64,000 nucleotides of DNA. Origin: Squalus acanthias. Taxonomy: Eukaryota. Position numbers and translations under genes: made by a program. The notes beneath the pieces are model-generated. The model saw only the letters and a program-made list of their open reading frames with translations, was not told the DNA's origin and did not search any database. The stretch lies in assembly GCA_030390025.1 (NCBI GenBank), contig CM059433.1, forward strand, positions 24,802,001 to 24,866,000. The letters run 5' to 3'. This document shows, in pieces, positions 63,855 to 64,000 of the stretch (within the stretch, counting starts at the first letter, position 1; each line of letters begins with the position of its first letter).

Positions 63855-64000
63855 GGGGGAGAAATTCTGTATCGCCCTGTTTGGGGCACAATTATCGGCC
63901 GGGCGGAAAGTTTAACGCCTGGCGTTAAGTTTCGCCTCCGACTGCAAACTTGTCTTCTATCGCCCCTGGAGGTGATTGGAGCGCTAAATCAGGTGCTACA
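63855..64000 (+). mobile_element. Start of another Harbinger-type MITE (runs off the window)
   Basis: TIR-like start gggggagaaattc with an abrupt CpG-rich switch directly after the CR1 tail. Confidence 0.6.

Noticed and set aside
59593..63891. Overlapping GC-rich ORFs on both strands (also 22.8-23.2, 32.3-33.9 and 52.6-53.0 kb)
   Set aside because: Stop-poor GC-rich MITE sequence with no recognisable domains.

Overview
Eukaryotic, repeat-dense genomic DNA, almost certainly from a cartilaginous fish (shark). The evidence is an HE1/V-SINE, Deu-domain tRNA SINEs, several CR1 families, L2, Penelope-like and Harbinger elements. There are no prokaryotic features, and most of the supplied ORF track is spurious or TE-derived. 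One spliced host gene can be read directly on the + strand: seven phase-0 exons (10733-10942, 13925-14170, 16278-16367, 20290-20367, 23431-23712, 24374-24466, 28505-28657; 383 codons plus stop). They encode a protein with one PDZ domain closely resembling Scribble PDZ1, no PDZ2-4, and a last exon with a PxIxIT-like motif (PRIILT) ending in SAFYPP. The start exon is uncertain. The rest comprises decayed Harbinger transposons, Harbinger-type and hAT-type MITEs rich in palindromes, short Penelope-type insertions carrying minimal hammerhead ribozyme cores with 12-15 bp TSDs, and deeply nested LINE/SINE stacks (40.9-51.3 kb and 57.4-64 kb). Family names come from motif recognition, not database searches, and the ends of decayed repeats are approximate.
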